64,000 nt of DNA from Histomonas meleagridis 2922-C6/04-290x (GCA_020184695.1 JAANOX010000037.1:124001-188000); one strand, 5' to 3'; positions 45,001 to 56,593 are shown, numbered from the stretch's first letter. Program-made: numbers and translations. Notes: a model not told the origin generated them from the sequence alone.

Positions 45001-48000
45001 ATGGAACAAAAGGATATTCCTCAATTGTTGGAGAAAATTTTGTCAAAGCTAAATGATAAGAATGTTGAAGAATCAGTTACTTCAACTCTTAAACTTTTTG
45101 ATGAAAACTTTCCTTATTCATTTCATCTTATTATTTATCAATTAATATATGCTTACTCTAAGCAACCTGAAAAAGATTCGTGTGTACTTTTAAATTATTT
45201 AAAATATCTTGAAGAAAAAGAACAAGAAAGGTTCAAAAAAAGCTTTAATATCATTGAACAATTCAAACAATTTCTTCCAAATTATGAGAATGAATCATTT
45301 TACCTTCTTGCAAAAATGGTTGATGAAAAATTAATTGATACAAACTTTCCAAAAATATCAGTATACTTTGCACACCTTATGACACCAGAAGATATTCAAT
45401 GTTACGAAATTTATAAATCTGATTTTTATGATAATCGTGAAGAACTATCAAAAAATGATTGGGAACTTCATAAGAAATATGTTAAAGAAGGAGCTAATCC
45501 AAATGAAATTACAAAAATAATCCGAAATGATGAAATAGAAAAACTTCAAGAAATATCATCACAATCAAATTTTGATTTTAATCAAACAATTCCAAAATCA
45601 ACTTATGAAAGATACTCATTTATAGATCATTATGATGTTTCATTAATTGATTATGCAGCATTTTTTGGATCAATTAAATGTTTTAAATTTTTGCTTATGA
45701 ATGGAGCAAATGTAATTCACACATGTGAATATGCAATTGCAGGTGGAAATATTGAAATTTTTCATTTATGCCAACATGAAAATACTTCTATTTATGATTA
45801 TGAAACAGCGATTAAATATCATCGAAATGATATTTTTAAATATATTTATGAAAATATTGGAGAAATTGATTTCCAACACTTTGGAAAGTTATCAATTGAT
45901 TTTTATAATTTTGAAATTTTATCATTTTTAGAAGATGAAGGATTAGAAATCAATAATAAAATCATTAATAAAGCAGCACAAAATGGGAATATTTTTCTTG
46001 TAAAGAAATATCTTGAAAAACATCAAATTCCAAAAAATATCTTAGCTTATGCTTCAGATTGTAATAACATAGAACTCTTTAAATATATTCTCAAACAAAA
46101 AGGATATGAAATTAATGGCAGAAATATAAATTATTTTATTATAATACATGTTTAAAATATTTTATGTTTTTTTTTAAAAAAGGCCGGAGTTTTTTTGAAA
46201 TAATTTCTACAGCACTTATATGGGCATCTCATAAAGGTTATACAGAAATGGTTAAATTACTTCTTGAACAAGAAGGAATTAATATTAATGCTAGAGATGA
46301 TATTTAATTTAATAATTTGGTAATTCATTATATTATTTGGAATATATTTAAATTATTTAAAACAGCACTTATGACAGGATCGCAAAGAAATAGTGAAATA
46401 GTTAATTTACTTCTTGAACAAGAAGGAATTGATATTAATGCTAAAGATATTTATTTGTTTTATTCGAAATTTATTTTAATAATTTGATATTTCAAAATAA
46501 TATTTGGAAATTATTTAAATTATTTCAAACAGCACTTATGTGTGCATTATATTCAAAAGATAACACAGAAACAGTTAAACTTCTTATTAAGCAAAAAGGA
46601 ATTGATATAAATGCTAAGAATATTTATATGTTTTATTTTGGCTTTATTTTAATAATTTGAAATTTCAAAATAATATTTAGAAATTATTTATTTTATTTAA
46701 AACAACATTGATAATGGCAACTGAAAGAAGTTATTCAGAAATAATTAAATTGCTTCTTGAACAAGAAGGAATTGATATCAATGCTAAAGATATTTAATTG
46801 TTTTATTTAATATTTATTATAATGTTTTAATATATCAAAATAATATTTGGAAATTATTTAAATTATTTAATACAGCACTTATATTAATGGCATTAAAAAA
46901 TTATAATGTTGAAATAGTAAAATTACTTCTTGACCATAAAGATATTGACATTAATGCGAAAAATATTTATTTGTTCTATATAATATTAGTTTTAATAAGT
47001 TAATGTTTTAAAATAATATTCGGAAATAATTCATATTATTTATAAATGCACTTCTTTATGCTTCTGAAAATGGTAATACGGAAATAGTAAAATTACTTCT
47101 TGAACATAAGGAAATAGACATAAATATAAAAAACATTTATTTTTTTCATTTAATGTTTATTTTAATAATCTGGTATTTATCGATAATAATTGGAAATCTT
47201 TTAAATGATTTAGAACTCCTCTTTTAATTGCATGCGATAAAAATTTTAATGAAATTGTGAAATTACTTGTTGATAAAAGTAATGTTGAAATTAATTTTAC
47301 TAATACTTAATTATTATCTTTAAAATTTTATAATAAAATTTAATATATCATAATAACATTTGGAATTTTATTAAAATATTTGCTACACCTTTAATGATTG
47401 CTTGTAAAAATATTAATTCTGATCTAGTAAAAATACTTCTTGCTAAAGAAGGGATTGATATAAACGCAAAAAATATTTAATAATTTTCTTCAAATTTTGT
47501 TTTTTTGAAATTCACTTTCAATATATTATTTGGAATTTATATATAATTTTTGAAACAGCTCTTACAATTGCATGTTCATATAATAATGCTGATATTGTAA
47601 AAGATCTACTTAAATATCCTAATATTGATGTAAATTCAAAAAATATTTAATATTTTTGTTTGTAATTTATTTAAATTTTTTCATATTTAAAAATAATATT
47701 TGATATATAAATCATTTTATTAAAACACCACTTATGATTTCTTCACAGAAAGGTTTAACTGAAATTGTCAAATATCTTCTTGAAACTCAAAAAATTGATA
47801 TCAATTATCAAAATGTTCTAAAAAATTACATAAATTTTCTTAAAATATTTTTATGTTTAATAAAAATTTTTGGGATATATACAAAATATTATTGACTTCT
47901 TTAATGTTTGCTGCGCAGAGTAATCGCATAGATGTTGTAAAATTATTACTTGAACAAAAAGGAATCGACGCCAATATAAAAAATGTATCTTTAATATGTT

Positions 48001-48133
48001 TCAAATTTGTTTCAAATCATTTCAGTATCTTTTATAAATTTGGATTTTTTTCTCCATATTTAAAACAGCACGTATGCTTTCTTCCATAAAAGGACATACT
48101 GAAATATATAATTTACTCGAAAATTATGAATAA
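45001..48133 (+). CDS. DUF3447-like + ankyrin-repeat protein D, interrupted by 47 17-nt elements
   Basis: ORF 45001-46155 continues after removal of 17-mers through 12 loops to TARMLSSIKGHTEIYNLLENYE-TAA (48131-48133). Confidence 0.87.
46126..48064 (+). repeat. Ankyrin array 4: 12 junctions of [17-nt element + codon] modules
   Basis: Decoded loops: NY(A)GS, DGGK, EDGQ, WERK, NNGN, NNGI, NGGR, KNGA, KSGE, VHDK, KYGL, QSGK. Confidence 0.95.
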
Positions 48134-48462
48134 AATATTACACAAAATCAAATAATTAATGAAAATAAGTAAACAAACACAATAAAATTAATTTTTTCAC
48201 TTCAAATCTGCCTTACATGACGTTTGTAAATATACTTCCATTAACAACAGTTCGGAAAATAGAAAGAGTAACTAAAATGAATATAACATAATTGAAAATA
48301 GTATTTGTGATTATTTTTTTTAATTATAGTAGTTCAATAATACAATAAATACTCACGCACAAGGAAAAAGATGATATGCTGCGTTTTGACTTTACCATTG
48401 TTGGTAATGATGGAATTGGTGAAACATATTTCATGGATACTTATAGTTTAAATTAATGTATC

Positions 48463-49620
48463 ATAAAAACATTACACAAATTATTTATTGTCCGAAAGGT
48501 AAAACGACAATTTCGATACCAAATAGTGTAACAACGATTAATGATGAAGCATTTCGATCTTGTACATCATTAATTAATGTTACAATTCCAAGTTCAGTTC
48601 AAACTATTGGTTCAAATGCATTTTTATAAATGTTCTAATTTAAAGATAGTTAATATTGAAGAAGGTGTTAAAACTATTGGTTCATCATCATTTCAGTCAT
48701 GTTCTTCATTAGAATATATTGAAATTCCTGATTCAGTTACAACAATTGAAAGTTTTGCATTTTATCAATGTTCTAATTTAAACACAGTTTTCATAGGTAA
48801 AAATGTCACAAAAATTGGTTCTAGTGCATTTCGTGATTGCATTAAACTTCAATGTATTTATTATTATGGAGGAACACTTCCTGCGATTGGAACAGATGCA
48901 TTTACTAATATTCATACCACATATGTAATGACATTGGATTATTTTAATAGTGAAGAAAACTCTAAATTTGGTGAATTAAGTATTTCGAAAGGAACAACAA
49001 TTGATGAATGCAATCCGTGGCCAACGCATACGTTTTCATCATCAAACACATTCTCAAATACATTTACAAACACATTTTCGCAATCCGACACGTACACACA
49101 ATCGAATACATATTCGCAATCGAATACATATTCGCAATCGAATACATTTACAAAGTCTAACACATTCACTAATTCGAACAATCTCACGTTCACGCTCACA
49201 CTTACCCACACGTTATCGCTCACCATTTCGCGTTACAACTCATACACGCTCACTCTGATTGGTTCTGACTATGTTTACAACACCACTGACTTTGTGTATT
49301 ACGACTACACAGTTGTCTCGTACATGTTCTATTTAAGTTTCTTTAATAATTTCTTTACGCCGGTTCACATAACATCAGATCCCAGCAACGGTATCTCCAA
49401 CGAAGCGCTTATTGGAATAATATGCGGCTCTGTCGTTGTCGTACTGATTATCGTTGGCATTGTTGTGTTTCTTGTTCGAAAAGACAAAAAACGTAATGTG
49501 TCTGATGAAAATCGGAGCAAAAATGAAAGCATCACCACGTCAAACAATGGAAATAACGTGGAAGTGGATCAGGAAGTGAACAGGTTCCTCACAGAAGAGG
49601 AAAATGACCAATGGATTTGA
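48463..49620 (+). pseudogene. 5'-truncated BspA-like LRR surface protein (TpLRR repeats, S/T-rich stalk, TM, short tail)
   Basis: IEEGVKTIGSSSFQSCSSLEYIEIPDSVTTIESFAFYQC repeats, TFSQS repeats, TM ALIGIICGSVVVVLIIVGIVVFLV; ~630 nt nearly identical to 51254-51888. Confidence 0.75.
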
Positions 49621-50517
49621 AAATAAGAACAAGTGGTGGTTTCGTGTAGAATGCAATCATAAATAAACTTTATTTCTCCCGAAATTTCAAATTCAAATTT
49701 GCGAACAATGCTAAAAATACCAAAATAAATTCAAGAAAACTGAGGCATAAATATTTTTATTGGAGAGAGGTCAACACATGGAGATATTCATCAAAGTAAT
49801 TTAATAATTTTTGTGATTATCAATCAATTAAATATAGATTTTCGCGAATAAGCAGTGATTTTGCAAATGCCGTTTCCAATAAGTCACCGCATATTCGCGA
49901 AAAACTCTATTGAACATTATAAATATTTTCAAAAAAATGTAAAATTTATGTGTATATATGCATACTTAATTAACTTCAAGAATGAAAGGCAGGTTATTTT
50001 AGTCAGAGAATAAACTCAAATGATAGTTGTCTGGTTGTGTTGTTTGCTATGAATTTATGTTGTTATCTTGAATTCATAAATTTTAATAACGTTCTTTCAA
50101 ACAAGTATCTTAGAAACAAATTGGTCCCAACGAATGGCCAAAAATAAACATGTTTTATTTCTTTCAAATTCCTTTGGCTTAATCACAACTATCAAATGTA
50201 TAGTGGATTCATTTTCTATGAAGATTAAATTTATTACAAATGATACTCAAATCAAATTATTAAATAATAGAACACATTTCTTTTCTTCGTGTTGTTTATT
50301 AAAAAAAATTCTAGTTTTAAGTTTTACACTTTTTAACCAATTTTTAAAATTAATTCTTCCTTCGTTATATTCCTATTTTATTATTATTAATTTATTATTA
50401 TTTATAAATATTTTGTTATTTATCATTAAAAAATCATTTTATTTCATTAAATTCTTTAAACAAAATATTTATTTGAAAAACAAACAAGAAAACAAAATAT
50501 TTTTACTAATTTTCATA

Positions 50518-52464
50518 ATGTTTTTTATCCATACATTTCAAAGTTTTCATGAAGCTACAGGAATATTTGATATATATAATTCAAATGAATTTAGTGATAT
50601 TAGTGAAGGAAATATTGACAAAGAAAAAATCAAATATGTTATAATTCAAAATGGTATTACAGAAATTCCAAAAAATGCATTTGAAGGATGTATTTCATTA
50701 ATCAATGTTTCTATTTCGAATTCAGTTACAACAATTCAAGAAAGTGCATTTTCAGGATGTTCTAGTTTAACTAATATTATTATTGGAGAAAATGTTGAAA
50801 CAATTGGAAGTCATGCATTTGAAAATTGTATTTCATTAAATAATATTATAATTCCAAATTCAGTTACAACAATTCAAGAAAGTGCATTTTTAGGATGTTC
50901 TAATTTAACTAATATTATTATTGGAGAAAATGTTACTGAAATTGGAAGTAATGCATTTTGAAGATTGTATTTCATTAATTAATATTATAATTCCAAATTC
51001 AGTTACAACAATTCAAGAAAGTGCATTTTTAGGATGTTCTAATTTAACTAATATTATTATTGGAGAAAAATGTTACTGAAATTGGAAAGTAGTGCATTTC
51101 AAGGATGTATTTCATTAATTAATATTACAATTCCTGATTCATTTCCAATAAGTGAAAGTAATATATTCCAAGATTGTACGAATCTTCAATTTATTAAAGT
51201 ATCTGTAAATAACACGAAATATTCCAATTATGAAAATGATGGAATTATTTATAATAAAAACATTACACAAATTATTTATTGTCCGAAAGGTAAAACGACA
51301 ATTTCGATACCAAATAGTGTAACAACGATTAATGATGAAGCATTTCGATCTTGTACATCATTAATTAATGTTACAATTCCAAGTTCAGTTCAAACTATTG
51401 GTTCAAATGCATTTTATAAATGTTCTAATTTAAAGATAGTTAATATTGAAGAAGGTGTTAAAACTATTGGTTCATCATCATTTCAGTCATGTTCTTCATT
51501 AGAATATATTGAAATTCCTGATTCAGTTACAACAATTGAAAGTTTTGCATTTTATCAATGTTCTAATTTAAACACAGTTTTCATAGGTAAAAATGTCACA
51601 AAAATTGGTTCTAGTGCATTTCGTGATTGCATTAAACTTCAATGTATTTATTATTATGGAGGAACACTTCCTGCGATTGGAACAGATGCATTTACTAATA
51701 TTCATACCACATATGTAATGACATTGGATTATTTTTAATAGTGAAGAAAACTCTAAATTTGGTGAATTAAGTATTTCGAAAGGGAACAACAATTGATGAA
51801 TGCAATCCGTGGCCAACGCATACGTTTTCATCATCAAACACATTCTCAAATACATTTACAAACACATTTTTCGCAATCCGACACGTACTCTCAATTGAAT
51901 ACATATTCGCAATCGAATACATTTTCTTATTTGCTTCCAGAAAATATTACATTTAGCACAACCAACTCATTTATTATTAATTTAAATATTTCCAACACAT
52001 TTTCGTTGATATTGACATTATCATTCACACAAACAATTTCAATTTTTATTTCTTCATTTTCAAATTCATTTTTGATATCATTTACTAACGACAATCGCGT
52101 TTATATTCCAACATTAATAATTTATTATGATTATACAATTGTTTCATATTCATTTTATTTCAGCTTTTATACGAATTTCTTTACAATTTTACATCAAACA
52201 GAAACAAATCCATCTAAAGACAATGCAATTATTATCACAGCTGTTTGTGTTGCAATTGTAGCAGTTATCATAATTTTAATTATTTTTTTGTTAATCAGAA
52301 TTAAAAACAAAAAGCGTCTTAATGAATCAGAATCAACAAAAAGTTTGGAAGAACAGAACGGATTTGATAGCAAAGATACGTTTGCTGCAGTAATGAATTT
52401 GTCGAATGTTGAGGAAGATCCGTTTGCACCTGATTTTAAGGAAGATAATAAAATGATTTTATGA
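50518..52464 (+). CDS. BspA-like leucine-rich-repeat surface protein, broken by several +1 homopolymer frameshifts
   Basis: ATG at 50518; repeats IPNSVTTIQESAFxGCSxLTNIIIGENV; TM AIIITAVCVAIVAVIIILIIFLLI; tail EEDPFAPDFKED; extra bases in runs near 50955, 51066, 51085, 51733, 51782, 51870. Confidence 0.75.
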
Positions 52465-52899
52465 GTAAATAAGCGAATGTTAAATTATTTTTTATCGAAT
52501 CTCATTCACAAGTTAAATAATGTAAAGATATTAATAAGTGAATGAAGCTATAAATAAGTTATATAAAAATAATTTTTTTCCATAATTAAAAATAGTATGT
52601 GAATAGTATTAAATATATTCAGTATATATTAGAAGGTATATTATTGATTATTTTTTCATTCTGAGTTACCCAATTATTAACTTTATTTCCCAATATGTTT
52701 CGTAGAAATCTTGAAATAAATTATCAGTAGATATCACCATGAACGAATCATGATCATGTAAATTTTAGCAATATTTCAGATGATGAAGTTTAAACTATTA
52801 ATAATTTGATTACAAATCAACCAAAGGAAAGAAATAATGATTAAATATACAAAAAATTTTATTTTTGAAGGTCATATAGTTAATTTAACTGGCTTTGAC

Positions 52900-53080
52900 T
52901 TTACGAAATGCCTTGGATTGATGTCTTATACCCGAGATATTTCAAGATATCATTATGATAAAATATATTTAATATATTCGCTGCTCCACATATACCATGA
53001 AATGATGAATAATTTCTTCATTTCCGCTCCAACTGCATAATTAAATGTACTTTTCATATTAGAACCATTCATATGTAATT
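52900..53080 (-). pseudogene. DUF3447-family fragment
   Basis: MNGSNMKSTFNYAV then frameshifted GNEEIIH-like sequence on the - strand. Confidence 0.5.
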
Positions 53081-53195
53081 CATGTGTTTTTAATTAAAAA
53101 AAAAAAAAGAAAATATGTTTTTTCACCAAAAACATATGGACATGTGATATAAAACGATCGTTATATTTATCCAAATTTGGAATTGAAAGGTTTAT

Positions 53196-55271
53196 TTAAA
53201 TGTTGTTGAATGCTTTCAATATGTTTCTTGGATGATCAACATCTATACCTTTCTCTATTGCTACATAGTATGCAAGCAACTGCATTGGTATTATGTTTAC
53301 AATTGCTTGTACCCATTGTGATGTCTTTGGAACTTCGATTAAGAAGTCAGAGAACATCTTTACGCTCTCTGTCTCTTGGCTCGTTGACACAACCAAAATC
53401 TTTGCTCCTCTTGTCTTAACTTGTTGTAGTGATGATAAACAAGCAGATACCATTTCCTTATCTTCACCAGTTGCAATGAAAATCACAAATGCGTTTTCAT
53501 CAATGAGTGCAAGTGGTCCATGTTTAAGTTCTCCTGCCATAAGTCCTTCAGTATGGATATATGTTAATTCATTAATCTTCAAAGCAGTTTCTCTTGCTGT
53601 TCCATAGTGTGTTCTCCTTCCAAGAGCAATGATTGTCTTTTGCTTTGCAACAATTGGTGCAATTTTCTCTATTTCAGGTGCTAATTTAAGTGCTGCTCGA
53701 GTAACTTCTGAGATATTTTTAATATCTAAAAGAGCTTCTTTTCGTAAGCTATCCATAGATTTATTGTCTTCTATCATAAGAAGGAGTATTAATGAAAGAA
53801 TTAAAATATTAGATGTATATGATTTTGTTGAGACAAGACCAACTTCAACGCCAGCATTAAGAAACACGCCACAATGAGTCTTACGACTAAGTGGTGACCC
53901 TGGCGTATTGCAAACGCCAACGCAAAATGCGCCTGCTTCTTTGCAGTAGTCGAGCGCAGTTAACGTTTCGACGGTTTCACCGCTCTGCGATACAAAAATG
54001 CAAACGTCTCCTCTGAAAACCACCGGTTTTCTATCGTTGAAATCTGATGCGATTTCGACGATAACTCTTTGATTCAAAAATTGCTCATAAAGAGGACGAA
54101 CAGCAAGAGCTGCATTGTATGAGGAAGCAACAGCTATGATAATGATGGAATTAGCTTTTTTGAATGTATCTAAATGAGGAATAATTCCTCCAAGTTGAAC
54201 ACTTAAGTCATCTTTAACACGACCTCGAAGTGTACTTTGTAATGTGTTTGGTTGTTCAAAGATTTCTTTTTCCATAAAATGCTTATATCCACCAAGTGCA
54301 ATATCAGCCATTTTATTTCCTGCGAAAAACTCTACTATACGTGGCTCTACCTTATCTTGCGTTGTGTTGACAATATTGACTCCATTAGGAGAAATATGGA
54401 CAATATCCCAATCCTGAATAATAATTGATCTATTTGTAAATTCAGCATAAGACATCGTTGTAGAAGAAATAAATAGTTCGCATTGAACGGGAATATTACA
54501 AAACTCGATATCACTTTCTTGTTTTGATACAGATAATGATCTAAGTGCTTGTTGTGCCGTGGATTCATTTTGGAACTTGATGCCAAGGAAAAGAGGTGAT
54601 GATCTTCGTGTTGCAACGCATTCTTGTGGATATAAAGTTGATTTAAATACGCATGCAAATGCACCGTTTAACAATTTAAGTGTATTATCAACAACTGAAA
54701 TAAATGTTGGCTTTTTCCCATGCTCTTGTTCAAGCTTTTTGTAAACGTATAAGGCAAGTTTAGCAATTACTTCTGTATCAGTTTCACTATTAAAAATAGC
54801 TTCACCACTATCTGCTTCTTCAACAACAACACTATCATCGTTTGGGATGCTTCTTTCGTGTTTGAAGATCCATTCTTCTTGAAGAAGTCTGGATTTTATT
54901 TCAGAAAAGTTTGTAATAATTCCATTATGAACAACAATGAATTCCATTTTTGGAGAAGAATAATGTGGGTGAGCATTTGCAGCACAAGGATTTCCGTGTG
55001 TTGCCCATCTTGTATGAGAAATGCAAATATGATTCGAAAAGCTTATATTATCGACCATATATTTTGACACAAGTTGTTCGAGTGATTTTACAGTGCCTTT
55101 ATTTTTAGCTATTATAGATTTTCGCTTTCCATTTTCATCGATTTCAAATGAAATTCCACAAGAATCAGAGCCTGCTTTTTCTAAGTTTACTAGTCCCAAA
55201 AATATTTTTGTAAGAATTTCCTTTAATGTTTTATTTTCGAGAAAGTTAATATAGACGAAAATCCCGCACAT
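53196..55271 (-). CDS. GFAT: Glutamine:fructose-6-phosphate amidotransferase (isomerizing), divergent
   Basis: MCGIF N-terminal nucleophile, HTRWATHG, HNGII, SETDTE, SQSGET, GELKHGPLAL, DHPRN. Confidence 0.93.
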   Translation of the reverse strand: MCGIFVYINFLENKTLKEILTKIFLGLVNLEKAGSDSCGISFEIDENGKRKSIIAKNKGTVKSLEQLVSKYMVDNISFSNHICISHTRWATHGNPCAANAHPHYSSPKMEFIVVHNGIITNFSEIKSRLLQEEWIFKHERSIPNDDSVVVEEADSGEAIFNSETDTEVIAKLALYVYKKLEQEHGKKPTFISVVDNTLKLLNGAFACVFKSTLYPQECVATRRSSPLFLGIKFQNESTAQQALRSLSVSKQESDIEFCNIPVQCELFISSTTMSYAEFTNRSIIIQDWDIVHISPNGVNIVNTTQDKVEPRIVEFFAGNKMADIALGGYKHFMEKEIFEQPNTLQSTLRGRVKDDLSVQLGGIIPHLDTFKKANSIIIIAVASSYNAALAVRPLYEQFLNQRVIVEIASDFNDRKPVVFRGDVCIFVSQSGETVETLTALDYCKEAGAFCVGVCNTPGSPLSRKTHCGVFLNAGVEVGLVSTKSYTSNILILSLILLLMIEDNKSMDSLRKEALLDIKNISEVTRAALKLAPEIEKIAPIVAKQKTIIALGRRTHYGTARETALKINELTYIHTEGLMAGELKHGPLALIDENAFVIFIATGEDKEMVSACLSSLQQVKTRGAKILVVSTSQETESVKMFSDFLIEVPKTSQWVQAIVNIIPMQLLAYYVAIEKGIDVDHPRNILKAFNNI

Positions 55272-55463
55272 CTGATTTTTTCCTAAACTTTACAAAGTCA
55301 AAGTTCCTATCAAAAATTGAATGTCCATCGGCAAAAAAACCAAATATGGCCGACCAAATAAATACTCAATAAAATCTGTTGCGAGATGTTATTTCATCTA
55401 ACAAACTAAATGATAAAATGATTAAACTTAAGCAAATAAAAATTTTATTTATTTATTTATTTA

Positions 55464-56030
55464 TCACATAAAAGGTTCGGTTTCGTTTTCATCGGATATG
55501 AAATCTGGAATGTCGATTTCTTGAGGTGAGCATTTTATATGAAAGAATTTATCTGTATTTACAGATTTTATAATTGGTGGAAGCACTTCATTTCCATGGT
55601 CTTTCTCAATGCATTTCCCGCATTTACTACATGATGTAATAAATACTGTTTCATATGATTTCAACCATTTAGAAAATTCATAAATTCCGATCTCATGATA
55701 TTTCCTTAAAAAGTGTGGTAACACACGAGAAAAATATATTGTAAGTATTCTAAAAACTCTATATTCACTTTGTTCAAAAATTGTTTTGTTTCTTTCACTT
55801 GTCCCATGAACAGCAATAAAAGAAATCTGCTGGTCTATACCAAAAACAAGGCTAACGATGAAAATATCAGATATGCGTATGTTGAAATATGGAAGAATAT
55901 CTTCAACCAATTCTATATCTTGAGACAAAATTTGTGATATCTCAAAGACCAATTCTTTGGGATTAAATTTGTAAAAAGGTATATTCGATGAAAGGGATTT
56001 GCTGATATTTTGTTCCATTTGTAGAGACAT
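55464..56030 (-). CDS. Mediator subunit 27-like protein
   Basis: C-terminal WLKSYETVFITSCSKCGK...LPP...FHIKC resembles the Med27 zinc-binding domain; first ATG at 56030. Confidence 0.65.
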   Translation of the reverse strand: MSLQMEQNISKSLSSNIPFYKFNPKELVFEISQILSQDIELVEDILPYFNIRISDIFIVSLVFGIDQQISFIAVHGTSERNKTIFEQSEYRVFRILTIYFSRVLPHFLRKYHEIGIYEFSKWLKSYETVFITSCSKCGKCIEKDHGNEVLPPIIKSVNTDKFFHIKCSPQEIDIPDFISDENETEPFM

Positions 56031-56171
56031 TTGATATGAAAATATTATTGAACAAAACAAAACAAAAAAAATTCCTCAAAAATAAACATAAAACAATTCA
56101 TTTAACAAGCAACATCGAATAAGAAAAATCTTAGATCAAAGAAATATCAAAATTACAAAAGATGTAAATTT

Positions 56172-56513
56172 TTAGATTGTGCTTGGGTAAAGCATAACAC
56201 GAACCTTTTTACCGAGCATTATTGGCGGAAGGTTGCGATCGAACTTTGCACGAACAATACCACTGTTTCCGTGTTCTTTTGTTATAACTCCCCAATTAAT
56301 ATGTGCTTCAATCTTCTTACCATCTTTTCCAACCTTAGCTTTGACGTATGACGCCACCTTTTTTCCGACGTAAAATTTTGCTTCTTCTTTTGAATTTACT
56401 CCACTAATTTGGAGGAGAGCTTGATTTGGGTTAATTTGACGCTTGCTACGACGGAATGATGTGAATATTGCACTAACCCAAAGCTTTGGTTCCGGAACAG
56501 TTGTTTCAGCCAT
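56172..56513 (-). CDS. RPL35A: 60S ribosomal protein L35a (eL33)
   Basis: LWVSAIFTSFRRSKRQINPNQALLQISGV...WGVITKEHGNSGIVRAKFDRNLPP...RVMLYPSTI; ATG at 56513. Confidence 0.96.
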   Translation of the reverse strand: MAETTVPEPKLWVSAIFTSFRRSKRQINPNQALLQISGVNSKEEAKFYVGKKVASYVKAKVGKDGKKIEAHINWGVITKEHGNSGIVRAKFDRNLPPIMLGKKVRVMLYPSTI

Positions 56514-56593
56514 GTTTTCTAACACGAATTGGCCAAGTCGACCGTTTTTGGTGCACCCCAATTCAAAATTTTGTGACACTTTTTTCACATGGC

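Noticed and set aside
46126-48064. Serial -1 ribosomal frameshifting through the junctions
   Set aside because: This would insert ~23 hydrophobic residues per loop, and several elements contain in-frame TAA (e.g. att taa at 47475 and 47645).
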